A DNA stretch of 64,000 nucleotides from Hamiltosporidium tvaerminnensis FI-OER-3-3 (GCA_022605425.2 JAKIMF020000011.1:620001-684000), one strand, 5' to 3'. Positions 40,295 to 53,077 are shown, counted from the stretch's first letter. Notes: generated by a model from the sequence alone, not told the origin. Program-made: numbers and translations.

Positions 40295-43200
40295 GGGGTA
40301 TATATTGTAAGATTTTTTAAATACCAATATATTCTCCTTTTGAACAAATTAACTAATTAAAGAAAACCGGAATATTGTTTGGATTTTTTTTATTTTTCTG
40401 AATAAAAATGTTACAAATGAAATATGAATTTATTAGGATATTTCAAAACTCCCAAAAAAAAATTGAACAAAAACCATATAATAAATAAAATTTACTAAAT
40501 TTGGATTAATATTGCTTCCAGAAAATTTTTTCTTTAATCTACTTTTTTTCTAAAGTTATTTTAACACCTCTTTTCTATTCGAACTTCTTTCACTGTTTAG
40601 GTCGATTTCCTTGATTTGGTATTTTAATCCCATCTTTAAAATAATAATTTCAGAGTTGGTTCGTCGAAAATTTTCTGATTTGCGTGTACGTCATAAAAGC
40701 GTTGGTTCGAGTATCTTTATACTTCTTGGAAGACAAAAACATCACATGGTTTTTAGCTCCAAGTTTCAGAATTTTTGCTCTCAATAATCAGCACCTGATA
40801 TTAAATGCTTATGTCGACCATTTATCAGCAATCTAACATATATGTTTATGTTCTCTTCGGTGTTTATAACCTAATAAAACAGAACCTATAGTATTTTATA
40901 ACAATATCATTTATGATTATTAGATAGTGTTTCCAAAAAAATCAATAATAACTAGATTATTGTTACAATAATAGCCATGTTTTTTATGATTTGCGCTTTC
41001 AAATATTTGAAACCGATCTTAAGAGCTATTTTAGATTTAAATATAATACTCCTTTATTGAAAGAATGCAGAATTTAAATGTTCAAAAAAAAATAGTGATA
41101 AAGATATTTTAAGAAAAAGAAACATTAAAATTTAGAGTATTATATGATTCGAAGGTATATTTTATAAAAAAATAACGGCAGGTGTATGCTAATACCATAA
41201 ATTTGGTGATTTAATACAGTCGAAGAAACTAAACGAAGCTCGATCTCTTATTGCATATACAAAAGCCAGAAAAAAACCTATAATCAAAACAAATAAAAAA
41301 ACCATCGACTTCATCATTGACATAACTGACAGATCCAAGGATTGAAGAAAAAAACATAAATATGTCAAATAAAATGGCAATGCAAAGCCAAACAGGAAAG
41401 AAAATATGTAGGGTAAATTGAAACCAAATTGTCGTAAAATGTTCTTAAATACTAAATTTACTTGTATTTCCTCGCTTATAAATCCATTTTGGCTTATATT
41501 AATTGTATCAAATCTATGTTCGACAAATTATTTTGTATTTTCGGGTCTCATTTTTTATCAAAGATGTATTCAAAATACAAAACGAATTCGTTTTGTTGAA
41601 ATAATTAAAATTAAAGTTTCCAAAATGTACTATTTAAGTACATTGCGTAAAAATTATATAAAATTCTTGAAATTATTTTTAAATATATGTCATAAACGAT
41701 TAAATTAATAACAGGATTGTGTAGAATATGAAATTGTATCATAAAAATAAAATAAGATTCGCAAAGTTTTTTAATTTTAGATAAAAGAGACTTATTCGGT
41801 CTATTAAACGAATAAAATTAAATTTAATTTTTGTGCATATATTGTGAAAAAATATAAAATAAATAGCAAAAAAGTAGATTTGGAAACATTCTCAACCCCA
41901 GAATTATTATATATAGAAATAAATGTATAAATGTCAATTATGAATGTCTAGAGGCTCTAATAAATGATATGTCTAAAAAAATTTAAGTTTTTCGGTTATA
42001 CAATTAATAAACACATATTCATATAACCGCTTTAAGCTTTTTTTCAGGGATTATATAAGAATAGTTATTAAAATGAAAAAAATACAACGAAAGTTAACGT
42101 TAAATCAAATTAATGTAAAAAAATTCAAAATGGAAAGCAATAACCAAGATTTACAAAATAATTTCTATATAAAAGTCAAATATGAGACTAGGATTACGCT
42201 AATATATTTTTGGGTTTTTTTTCAGATATATAATAGAGTGAAGACAGAATTATTATTGAGAAACAAAAGAGATAACTCTTTTATAGGATTTTAACACATA
42301 GTATCTAATGCTCGAATTTTAACTTAAACCTTAATTTCATCGAAAGACTTAGAATGAATCAAAAAATTCTCATCTTATCAATATAATTTACCTGTAATCT
42401 AGTATTAGTCAACAATAAGAATACTTAAACAATAATTTCGGAATTTTTTTGACTTGTTATTGCGTAAGAACATGTTGGGTTTTTTTCAACGAAGTCATTC
42501 AATGCATTTCAGATATGTGAATATGCTACAATCTCTTAAAAAACCTGGGAATTTTGCCAGTATAAATAAATACGATTTAAAAAGGAACTAATCTTTAAAG
42601 AAAATATTCGGACTTATAATTTTTAATATAATAATATATATAAGCAAAAAACGAAACAAATGGATCGTTTTCGCAAAATAAAACAGATCATGTAATATCG
42701 GTGTATTAATGTACACTTTACATAGACTGTGAGTGTTTCACTTGAAAAATTTATCAATTCGAATATAACGAATAATATTTTCGGATATAGAAACTCAATT
42801 TTTTGCATGATACACCTAATTTGCATTTATTGAAGATGAATTATCAAAGGCCGCATATTATTTGTTAAGAAACAAAAAACCCATGCACCATTTTTTGGAA
42901 CTCTTCGAAAAAAGAACTTACCAAGATGAAATATTCGAAAATCAAATATGATTAAGGTTTATTAAATTAATTCCAGGTAAAAAAATATTTTTCTTTGCTT
43001 CTTGAATCTTAAAAATAATTTATTTCTATTGTTTACAAATAATGTACTTTTTTAGGAACCATGAATATTTTTAAAAAAACTGCATTATCCTATGTATTTT
43101 AAATAAAAATACAAATTTTATTGAGATATATTCATCGGATTTAAAAGAGAAGAAAATCCGATGATTGTAATGGCTATATGAATCGTTTTGGTACGTTAAA

Positions 43201-43590
43201 TATATGTCTCTACTAAGCTTTGACATCTATAAGCTATACAGAGGCTTTTCTAGAATATGATTATAACAACACATATATTTTACATACATATTTATTAGTC
43301 CTAAGAATAAATAAAAGAATTCATAAACAGCCAGAGGCAAATTTAGATTTGAAAATGTTGCTATTAATAAGCTGATTTACATTTAATACGAATTATTGAA
43401 ACCATTGTATTGTCTCTTATTATTTTAAAAAACCATACGATTTTAGAAAATATATTGTACTGTCTAATGGCAATATTATGTCGCAAAGTCGCAAAAAAAA
43501 TATTTGGATGTCGTTTTATGACCCTTAATATTCTTTACAGAAAGCTAAATTTATATATTTAAATATAAATATTCTATTGTTATTATATGG

Positions 43591-44306
43591 TGGAGGGAGG
43601 ATAAGCACATAAAAAACTTTCTGCTTGGCAATTTGTGTGTGAAACTGGTGTGAGATCATTGTTTGGATTTTTGGTGGAAATACAACCACACTAGATCTTC
43701 GGTTGTTCCATGGGAGTTGTTATGAGGAGAAGAGGTCTAAGAAATGGAGAAACTTTTTCTACAAATTTATTTGTAGTTTTTTATGTAACCAGATTGCAGA
43801 CCGCAGCTGAACATGTAGGTAATTGCCATGTAAAAGCATGGAAACCTAGTCTTGCTCACTCGGGTTTTGAAGACTTAGCGCCTGGGAGATATAAAAATTA
43901 AAATCATTAAAAGCCGGGAGAGCTAAATAACTAGTTATATCTGTTGGTATGACATTGCACTGTCTAGGTGGACCCCATGTAAGTCACTGAAATATATCTT
44001 TGCTAGAAGTTTATTGGGTTCAGAAAATGTAGAGTAAGTGGGAATGCTGCATAGTCTTGGGGTAGCTTCGGCTTTCGATCACACTCTATGCAACGGACAT
44101 TAACGAACTCTGGGCAACTGCCTTGCCTATTAATTAGGTTCTACACACCTGGTAGATGAAAGGCTTTGGGACGTAGGTATCGCAGAGGGTACTGATAGAG
44201 TGTTGGGGTAGCAGTTAATTATGTTAAACCTAGAACTGCGTTAATGTCATGAAAACAAATATAACACTTGCCACTATTCTGAAAAGATGTGATACTTTTA
44301 AATAAA
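43591..44306 (+). mobile_element. Apparently full-length (716 nt) SINE-like non-coding repeat
   Basis: Starts TGGAGGGAGGATAAGCACATAAAAAAC and ends GATGTGATACTTTTAAATAAA. Reverse complement of 58524-59250 with scattered differences. No TSD found for this copy. Confidence 0.85.
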
Positions 44307-44664
44307 GTAACAAAAGAAATTGCCTTTTAATAATCTCCCGGTTTCTTTAATTAGTCTCTTTTTACATTACACAAATTCGACGTTAACTAATATGAAAATT
44401 TAAAAATAAAATTTTAAATCCTATTATTTTTTAAAGGGTGTAGTTTAGTTCCTGGATGTTATTTTTTTCAATATTTCAAATTTATCATTGAGAATATAAT
44501 AAGTATTATTCAAATTTTAAGGCTAAAAAATCCAAAGAAAAGAGATAAAGCGAAGAATATATTGAAAATGAATATTACTGAATAAGTTTCTTTATTTTAT
44601 TGAATATTTTAATATTTTCAAATTCGTTTTTATTTGATTTTATTGAGATCGTTTTTTTCCCCTA

Positions 44665-44950
44665 AAAAAAATCGTCTCCCGCCAAAAAAAGCACAAGATT
44701 AATTTGGTTTCGGACCCTATGGCCTCGAAAAGTGGAAAATCTCTGGATTTTACCTTTAGTCAGGTAAAATTTAGTAGAAGAAACCGATGGGGTGGGCTAT
44801 AATAAATTGCTAAAACCCATCATAGGATATTTAAGTCCAGGGGTATTACAGGTGATATGGGTTGCCATAATTATTGTCGACTCATTTCATAGCCTTGCCT
44901 ATCCTATAACGAATTGAATAAAAAATAGGTATAGGTAAGGCGATTTTTTT
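44665..44950 (+). other. GC-rich island with nested inverted repeats ending in a long hairpin plus T7 (candidate structured RNA/DNA element)
   Basis: ATTTTACCT/AGGTAAAAT, GATGGG/CCCATC, TCTCTGGA/TCCAGGGG and GCCTTGCCTATCCTAT/ATAGGTATAGGTAAGGC. Confidence 0.45.
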
Positions 44951-47200
44951 CAGCAAAACTTTCTAATTATAAAAATTCCATTTTTTTATTTATATTTATA
45001 TCTATGTTCTGGTGGGGAAAATGTATCCCATTTTTAATCAGTAAAAATTTTTAATAAAATGAAATATTGCATGAAAAATATGAATTTAAACCCCCAAAAC
45101 CTTAAAACTTCGGAAAATCTACTCTCCAACATAAATCGCAATCGGTAAAGGTATTTTTGAACGAGTGGCAATATATAATCTAAAATGGTTAGTATATATG
45201 ACATATATTAAAAGCATCAATAAACTATCAATTCCAGACTATTGCACGGCGGCAAGGTCAACGTTTTTGCTTCTATAATCTTCGTGGTTATAGTGTTTTT
45301 CGAACAATATTATAATTTTTGCAATCAATATAATAATCCTTGCAATCAATATAATAATTATTTTTAAAAAATAAAAATTTAGAAAATAATTCATTCATTA
45401 TAAAATTAACTACCATGTCAAATTCTTTTTCAGGTAAAAATACCAACGAGAACAAATATGATTTTCATGTGGGTGAAACACCGGAATGTATAGAGTGCGA
45501 AAATGACAATGTTTTGAAGTGTCTTGTGGAAACATCGGGATCACATGATGAAAATCTCCCACTAACCACCATTCAAACTCCGAGGAAACAAATGGTTTAT
45601 ATCAATGATCGGGAACGCATAATTGAAAAAACACTAGAAGGTTATTCTATGTCCGCAATTGCCTCGATTTATCGAATAAATTACCAGACAGTTAATAGTA
45701 TCGTTAGACGATATTTAAAAACTGGCTTGGTATTTGTCGAGAAAAGATGTGGTGATAGGCGCTCAAAGTTAACTTTGGAAATAAAAAAGAGCTTACAAAC
45801 CTATGTTGATTTGGAGTGTACAAAAACCCAGTATGAGTTGGCAGAATGGGTCAGGTGTACATTTAATGTTGGTGTGTCAACTAGTACAATTGATCGCACA
45901 CTAAGGGAGTTCCATTACACCCTAAAGCGTGTCACATTATTGCCTGAGCATAGAAATACACTTTCGATAATTGAGCTTAAAACAAATTACGCAACTAGTT
46001 TTCGTGAGTTGGAGGTTGATAACGTTGCAAAAACTGAGTCTTTTTAGATGAAGTTGGGTTTGAGGTAGTAAAACGCCCCAGCAGAGGTTGTAATATGAGA
46101 GGTAAATCTGCATACTTATCTGTAACTGCAGCCGAAGTAGAAACATTTTAGTAGTCGCAGAAATGAACAAATATGATATAATATACCATAATATTCATGA
46201 GAGGGCCATGAATGATGAGGACTTCAAATTATACATTAAGGAGATTAATGAAACTTGTCAACGGCAGGGAATTTTGACTCCAATATTTGTAATGGACAAT
46301 GCGAGAATTCATCACTATCGTGGATTGAATGATGATGAGGAAATTGCCTCGTATCGAATAAAATATCTTCCTCCTTATTCGCAATTTCTTAATCCAATTG
46401 AGAATGTATTATCAGTCTGGAAAAATAAAGTAATTCAAGGTAGTGCCCGATCGGAGCTTCGGTTGTGAGTATTAATTTGGAGAAATTTAATGAGATCACG
46501 GTAGAACATTGTAGTGCGTTCTATCGAAAAATTTTAGGCCATTTGCAGAAGGCTGAAGTAGGACAGGTGATGATTGAAAAACAAATCTCAAGTACAACTA
46601 AACTGTTAGTTCCAAACTTTTTATTTTTTAAAAATAATTATTATATTCATTGCAAGGATTATGATATTGATTGTAACATATATATTGATCCAAAAATTAT
46701 GATATTGATTGCAAAAATTATAATATTGATCAAAAACACTATATATAACATTAAAATAATGCACTGATAAATTTTTAGAAAATACGGCAAGTTTAAGAAG
46801 GTCCCAACAGAAAGTTACTTATAACGATCCAAAATGACCCCCTTCTAAAATAAAATGATGCAATTCAGACGATAACTGTACATTATTTATAAGATAAAAT
46901 CTAGCTGGATCTTCTTGATATATGGAACTACTCAATAGTTGATGATGGCTTTTGATTAATCTTACACTTTCTAGATGAGCACACCAGGTTTCTAGCTAGC
47001 ATATTATTTAAAAAATTCATCTGCTGGTGTCGCATATATACTTGAAAATTATATTTTGCTTGAAAGAGAGTAGTATCCTGCAAACAGACAATGAGAAAGA
47101 GTCTGTAAATAAACGGATAAAATACATAATTACCTAAACTGCATTATTATATTCATAGAAGATCAAGTCATCTAAAAATCAAAGACAATTTTAGAGAAAT
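44820..47200 (+). pseudogene. rve-integrase (Ginger/KRBA2-like) relic interrupted by the Tc1-like element
   Basis: DLLDIWNYSIVDDGF*LILHFLDEHTRF (about 46908-46991), ILQTDNEKE (47075-47101) and YIHRRSSH. Both flanks of the Tc1 element match the uninterrupted relic at 1-810. Confidence 0.6.
45291..46741 (+). mobile_element. Tc1/IS630-superfamily DNA transposon (DD34E), transposase frameshifted
   Basis: HTH-like N-terminus (45415-46047), FLDEVGF at about 46042, VMDNARIHH-YLPPYSQFLNPIE with 34 residues between D and E. TIRs TAGTGTTTTT.../...AAAAACACTA flanked by TA (45289-90, 46742-43). Confidence 0.92.
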
Positions 47201-48497
47201 ATTAAGATAATTTTGAGCAAGCTTGCTCAAAAATTGAGGAAATCTCACCGAAATGCACAGATTGAATTAAATATAAAAATCCTGCTTGGATATGATCAAA
47301 TTTGTATAGAGAAAGTAGAATAAATTCCGATGAAAAGTATTTAGACGCTGTAAAGAGAAAAATGCTATCTAATACGAAGAAAAAAATATTTATGTGGAAT
47401 ATTTCGAGCTCTAATGAATGAAGATCTGGAAAATAAAAAACCAACCATTAAAAGCGCATTTGATCAATATAAAGTAGATACTGAGCATGTGTATTTAATA
47501 AACTCGATATCAACCCAAAAGTCTCATTTAAATGTTGAGACAAATATGTGGCTTGTGTGAAAAATAATAGGCGTATATTTTTCATTTAAAATTAACTCAA
47601 AGTGATGTAGTGAAACTAAAGAGAGATTTTGATTAGATTTAAAAGAAGGTTCAAAAGGCCAAATAGTTCGTTTTTATCAGAAAATATTTAGAAAATTGTT
47701 GCTCGAGTGGTAGTGATAGCTTTTTAGCAGAATGCAATAACAAAGAGAAGGTCGCTTTGGAAAATTGTACAATGAAGTATCATTTAAATGAATTTGCTTA
47801 GCTCAAAAACCGCATGAATGATTAAAAGCCGATTTTTCAAAATATCATCATTGATATATTTAAGAGTTAGTTTTTTGGATTTTTCCTTCATTTTAATTTC
47901 TAAAGGATTGTTTATAGTTTTTCTTCTTATTTTTATTTCTTAAAAAAGAAAAATAGAAAACTAAAGGTAAAAAAAGTGGTTAAGAAAATAACCGGGGTGA
48001 ATAAATGGATTTAGATCCATAAGATTGGTTTTATATATCATTTAAGAATCTTTATGAGAATATTTTTCTGGTTATGAAATGAGTTTGACAATGAATAAAA
48101 TAATATGTCTAATATTTGGCTGATAAAATGGTTTCATAGATTATATGGGAACATTTTTTTCATGGTTGTGAAATGAGTAATGATTATAGAATAGTTTTGA
48201 TAGTAAAAAAATTATATATCAAGAAAAAGGCATTCATACTGTTTTTAAAGCGATTAAACATGTTATAGAAACTTTCTCTGTCTGTTAAAATTTAAGGAAT
48301 TTTAATTCCACAAATATATATCTATTTTTCAACAACTAAATATACATACATCGAATAAAATTTTTTTCTTAAAAAATAATTTTTTTTATTGATCTAAATT
48401 AAAAAAATATAATTAAACTAATTTAATTAAAAAAAGATAAAAAGATTTCAAAATATATTTATGATAAATATATTGAAAGATTTATTCCTTTATTTAG

Positions 48498-50870
48498 ATG
48501 GAAATATTTTATTTAGGAGTTGTTTTTTGTTTAAAATTGTTAAACCAAAATATATATTTTCGATTAGCGATTTGTAAAAAAATAGTATTTTATTCGATTG
48601 AAAATGTTTATATGGAAATTTATAACAAAAAAAAGATTGAAGAAATTTCATATGAATTTAAAATTGAGAGCAATGATATTTTAAAAAACTTTAAATCTGT
48701 ATATCTTCTAGACAATCAGTATTTGAAATGCAAATTACAAAATGGAGATGTCAAATATTTTATTCCAAATACAGTAGAAATATCCGACTCCACAGATATA
48801 ATTTTAAATTTTTCGGTCATTGAAGATTATCAAGCAAATGAATCAACACAGAATATTTTTCTGGGTCTATTAACAAATGAATTCTTATTTAGATTCAAGA
48901 AATATGCCACAACAGAAGATATATTTGTAAATACCATATATTCTTATGAATTTATAAGTATAATGAGAGTATTGGAAATTTGTGGATTCCAAAAAACAAA
49001 AAATAATGATATATTTTTAAAGTATTTATTGATAAAAAGTATTATGAGTGCCGATTTTGACTTTGCAAATTCCGAAATATTTTTACATACAAGAAAAAAT
49101 AACCAGAAATCCTTGGATTCTGTTATGAAACATCTATTTAGTATGTTTATCAAATTCGTTTTTTCTGAAGGCATAACAAACCGAGAGTTTCTTTTTTCTA
49201 ACTCTGCTATTCTGATCAACAAACACCGAATTATTTTATCTTATCCATTATATATCTTTTGTAAAGAAAAGTTTAGCAAACAGAATATATTTACTGTTTC
49301 ATTCAATACGATTTCGTATCTAGAAAAAATTTTAAATTCAGCATGGTCTACAAATTGTCTTTGTTTCTTTATTCGATATATCAAAATAGATTTTTTCTGT
49401 TTCGATAAAATCAAATATAAAAACAGCCAAAAATTTCCCACTTTAATCAAAATAATTAAGCCCAGAAGTCTTCAAAAACTTTCTATAGTAGATAACTTTG
49501 GAGAAAAAATGATTTTAAGGATGTTTATTGATTTTGGATATTTTGATATTTGTGAATCTGTTAAAATCGTAAGCGATTTAAATATCGAGGAGATAGATAT
49601 GGTTCTAACAAATTGTACTAATTTAAAGAGATTAATTATCGTAGTCGAAGAAGCGTATTATAATATTATATCTGAATTGTACGAATTCGCGCTAAAAAAC
49701 CAAAGTGTCTGTATAAACTACAAATGTACTTTTTTCAAGATGGAATGCCAAAAAGACTTTCTTTTGAGAACATTTCCTAAAAATCTTATTTTCTATGTCG
49801 CAAAATATAATATTTCGTTTAAACATTGTAGCTCTTGTCACATTTTGTCCCTGAGTCTGTTTAGAAAACTTAGGATTTACTATGAAAGTGATAAATATCT
49901 TCTTTTTGTTAAAACATGTATCGATTATGGATTGAATTCGAAAAATGTTTCATTTTATAGAAGCACAAAAAAATCAAAGGCAAAAATTCATTCAAATTTG
50001 TTGAAAAGTTTCACCCAATTGCATAAACTTGAAAGTATGTCTTTTGATAATATTATAGTCAGTAAATCGCTAATAAGATTTATTTTAGTTTCAAATCAGC
50101 TAAAAAATATAGCATTTAACAATGTAAAGATATCCTCAAAGAAATTCTCGAAGTATAAAATATATAATTTTGTTCTTCAAGGTTTTACAATAAGAAAATC
50201 GAATTTTATTTTTAATGTTGACTTTTTAGAATTCATTTCATTGTTTCCGAATATCACTTTTTTAAAAATTCATATTGAAAATATTGATGGAAATTTAAAA
50301 TCCGAAATGGCTAAATATGCATCTAAAAGATCAAAAAAAGGTATTACAAGCTTAATTTCTAGTTTAGAATATTTCAAAATCACGATTTCTGAATATATTG
50401 TACGTGAATTTCCTGTTCTTTTTGCTTTATCACTACTATTTGATTTTAAAAAATTAAATATTTTAATATTGAAATCTTATGACTTTGAAGAACAAGATAT
50501 ACAATGTATTTCAAATATTACTAGTATAACCGATATTTATATAAAATTTTATAAACGATATTCCGCTCTTAATTTGAATAGACTAATTACTTTTATAAAA
50601 AATAATGAAATTGAGTCTATTAGACTAGATTTCTTTGATCTGAACAAAAATATCATTGAATTCTTGCATTTACTGAGACATATTAAGTTCATTTCAATTA
50701 CCTTTAGTTATATTGTAAAAACAAACTTTAATTTACTCAAAAAAATAAAATTTAAGCATCCATTCGCGATGAATATTTTTTGTAGAGATAATCGCTTTGT
50801 TTCTTATGAAGAATCAAATTATTTCAAAGAATGTAATATTAGATTTAGAGATACCACTTATTTTGTGTAA
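48498..50870 (+). CDS. Hypothetical 790-aa protein, possibly divergent leucine-rich-repeat type
   Basis: Long intact ORF. Recurrent LxxLxI/F patterns in the C-half (LQKLSI, LKRLII, LESMSF, ITFLKI, LEYFKI, LNILIL). Hydrophobic N-terminus. Confidence 0.8.
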   Translation: MEIFYLGVVFCLKLLNQNIYFRLAICKKIVFYSIENVYMEIYNKKKIEEISYEFKIESNDILKNFKSVYLLDNQYLKCKLQNGDVKYFIPNTVEISDSTDIILNFSVIEDYQANESTQNIFLGLLTNEFLFRFKKYATTEDIFVNTIYSYEFISIMRVLEICGFQKTKNNDIFLKYLLIKSIMSADFDFANSEIFLHTRKNNQKSLDSVMKHLFSMFIKFVFSEGITNREFLFSNSAILINKHRIILSYPLYIFCKEKFSKQNIFTVSFNTISYLEKILNSAWSTNCLCFFIRYIKIDFFCFDKIKYKNSQKFPTLIKIIKPRSLQKLSIVDNFGEKMILRMFIDFGYFDICESVKIVSDLNIEEIDMVLTNCTNLKRLIIVVEEAYYNIISELYEFALKNQSVCINYKCTFFKMECQKDFLLRTFPKNLIFYVAKYNISFKHCSSCHILSLSLFRKLRIYYESDKYLLFVKTCIDYGLNSKNVSFYRSTKKSKAKIHSNLLKSFTQLHKLESMSFDNIIVSKSLIRFILVSNQLKNIAFNNVKISSKKFSKYKIYNFVLQGFTIRKSNFIFNVDFLEFISLFPNITFLKIHIENIDGNLKSEMAKYASKRSKKGITSLISSLEYFKITISEYIVREFPVLFALSLLFDFKKLNILILKSYDFEEQDIQCISNITSITDIYIKFYKRYSALNLNRLITFIKNNEIESIRLDFFDLNKNIIEFLHLLRHIKFISITFSYIVKTNFNLLKKIKFKHPFAMNIFCRDNRFVSYEESNYFKECNIRFRDTTYFV

Positions 50871-53077
50871 AAATAAACCGATGAAATAGAAAACCATCTT
50901 TTTATTATAAAATAATACATTAATGGTTTTTTAACGTCTTATATGATTCTTAAATAAATAACCAATACTTGAATTTCCAGATTTAGAAGTAATTTAAATT
51001 TATATATATTCCTGTATTCCTTTATAGCTTTGAATTAAGGAATAGTATTTAATTATCGTTTGTTTAATAACTTTTATATTTTATATTTGTTATTATTCAA
51101 TTTAAAAACTCTATCCTTGGGTAAAGCATAGCTTTGAATTTATTATTGTAAGTTGTTTTATGCTTTATATTATTCTTTTAAATGATTAAATTGCCAGTCT
51201 GACTCAAATTTTTATTTCATCAGTGTATTCAACCAATGTTAAGAAGTTATAAAAAAATATAATATATTTTAAGTCTTTACTTTGTATTTCGATTCGTAAA
51301 AAAAAGCCATATAAAATTGAAAAATTTACACAAAACATTCAGAAATTTTAAAGAATTATAACTATTCTTTTACTAGGAATTTTTTGCGAAACTGAAATAT
51401 AAAAAAACTAAATCATATAAGAAATAGAATTTTTAATTTCTATTTATGAAGCGATCCATTATTTTTTGGTAGAATTCAAGTTTATAGTTTTATTTTAATA
51501 TAAAATTCTTGGAAACATTCAACACCTTATAGCTTTTATCTAACAAATATAACATAATAAATTGAAGAAAAAATGATTTAGATTCCACCGAAGATGATTT
51601 AATTCTGAACAATTTATTCAAAAATTTGAGCATAATTTAAAAGGATAAATTAATATCTTTTTTTTTCGATATCTAGATTTCGAATTAAAATGTTCCATAA
51701 AAAGTTACATACTATTGCTTTGACACATATGTCTTATTTGATTCTTTTTTTGACAAAGAACGATTATAATCGTAAAAAAATGATTTATATATTTTAACTT
51801 TCCTTTTTCTTGTTTTCTAATTTTGAAAAAATATGAATAAAGCTTAAATTGCCAATTATATTGTAACGAGTTGTTTTATCTAGCACAGTTACACTACTTT
51901 GTAAAAAAAATCACAAAAGCACAAAAAATGTTTAATTAAATTGAAATTTCACGTCTTTAAAAACCCGATTTTTTCAAGAGTTCAAATCGGAATTTATTTG
52001 TAAAACAAAAATCAATTTCTTAATTTTTTATAAATACAGCAAGTGGTGTAAAACTATTCGATTTAGATTCTCTAATGGTTGAATACGTGAACATTTACTA
52101 CTTACGTCGTTTACTTTAATTGTGTAGTAGGAATTAGCTTTTTTGTCGTTAGAAGTTCTATATGATTCGCAATAGTAAGTTTAAAAAAGGCTAAATATTT
52201 ATCTAGCTTGGGAAAAATAACAGAATTTTGTTGAAATTACTAAACTACTATTATAGTGGATTATTAAAATTTTAGATTTTTAAACTCAAAATTTAAAAAT
52301 ATTTTTTTCTTCTTTTTTGCTGCCTCGACGAACCTTCAAACATATTCTCTGTAATATTCAGATTTTGATATTCTACTAAATCCGGTTTGCATTCAAACCT
52401 CCCATTAGTTTCTTTTTTAAAACCTCTCATGCTAAGAATAACATTTAATTCTTCTGTAAACAAATTATTGCTAATTTAAGGTCGATTTAAATTTTGAAAG
52501 ATTTACATTTTAGCAATAATATTTTTCTCTAGCAATTTTACGCAGAATTGGATTTATATAAAAAAAAATACTTTTTAGGCTAATTTAAAGGACATGATAT
52601 ATTTCTCTCTTATACTATAAAATAACGAAAACGCCTTGGTATTGCTATATATTACAATATTACATAACCTCGGTGCTGCCTAAGCACTTCTAGTGAGTTC
52701 AAACCTGCTTCTTATCAGCCAAGCTTGTTTTTTAGGTTTAAAAAATACATTTTAATTTTTCGGTTTTGCTTTGTTCAATCAAAAAAATTCAATCGCTTAA
52801 CAAAACCATAAAACTTCGTAGATTTTTAATCTTAGATATAAAAATAGTTGGAATTCTATCTCACAATTATTTTTTTAGAAAATTGTTGAATTAAAAACAC
52901 ATTTATTTTTAATAAAATTCTTACTGATTAGATTTTCAAATATAATTTTCTTTAAATATAAGAATCCACTTTAAATTCATTATATACCAAATTTTTTTAT
53001 CCTATCCTCCTATATTTCTTAATACAATCTTTTTTACACAATATATTACTTGAATGTATTTATTTCAATCGACCCAT

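Noticed and set aside
42070-43200. Possible decayed protein-coding gene
   Set aside because: Coding-like patches but many stops and no identifiable homology within the window.
43710-43901. 63-aa ORF inside the SINE-like repeat
   Set aside because: Not conserved: the 3866-4499 copy hits TGA after 9 codons, and the 58524-59250 copy lacks the ATG.
44700-44870. RNase MRP/P, SRP or group I intron identity for the structured island
   Set aside because: Only partial motif resemblance (GGAAAATCTC, CAGGGGT, TCAGG..AGTAG). Required helices or motif order are missing.
52660-52730. tRNA-like B-box GAGTTCAAACC
   Set aside because: No cloverleaf or A-box in the surrounding sequence.
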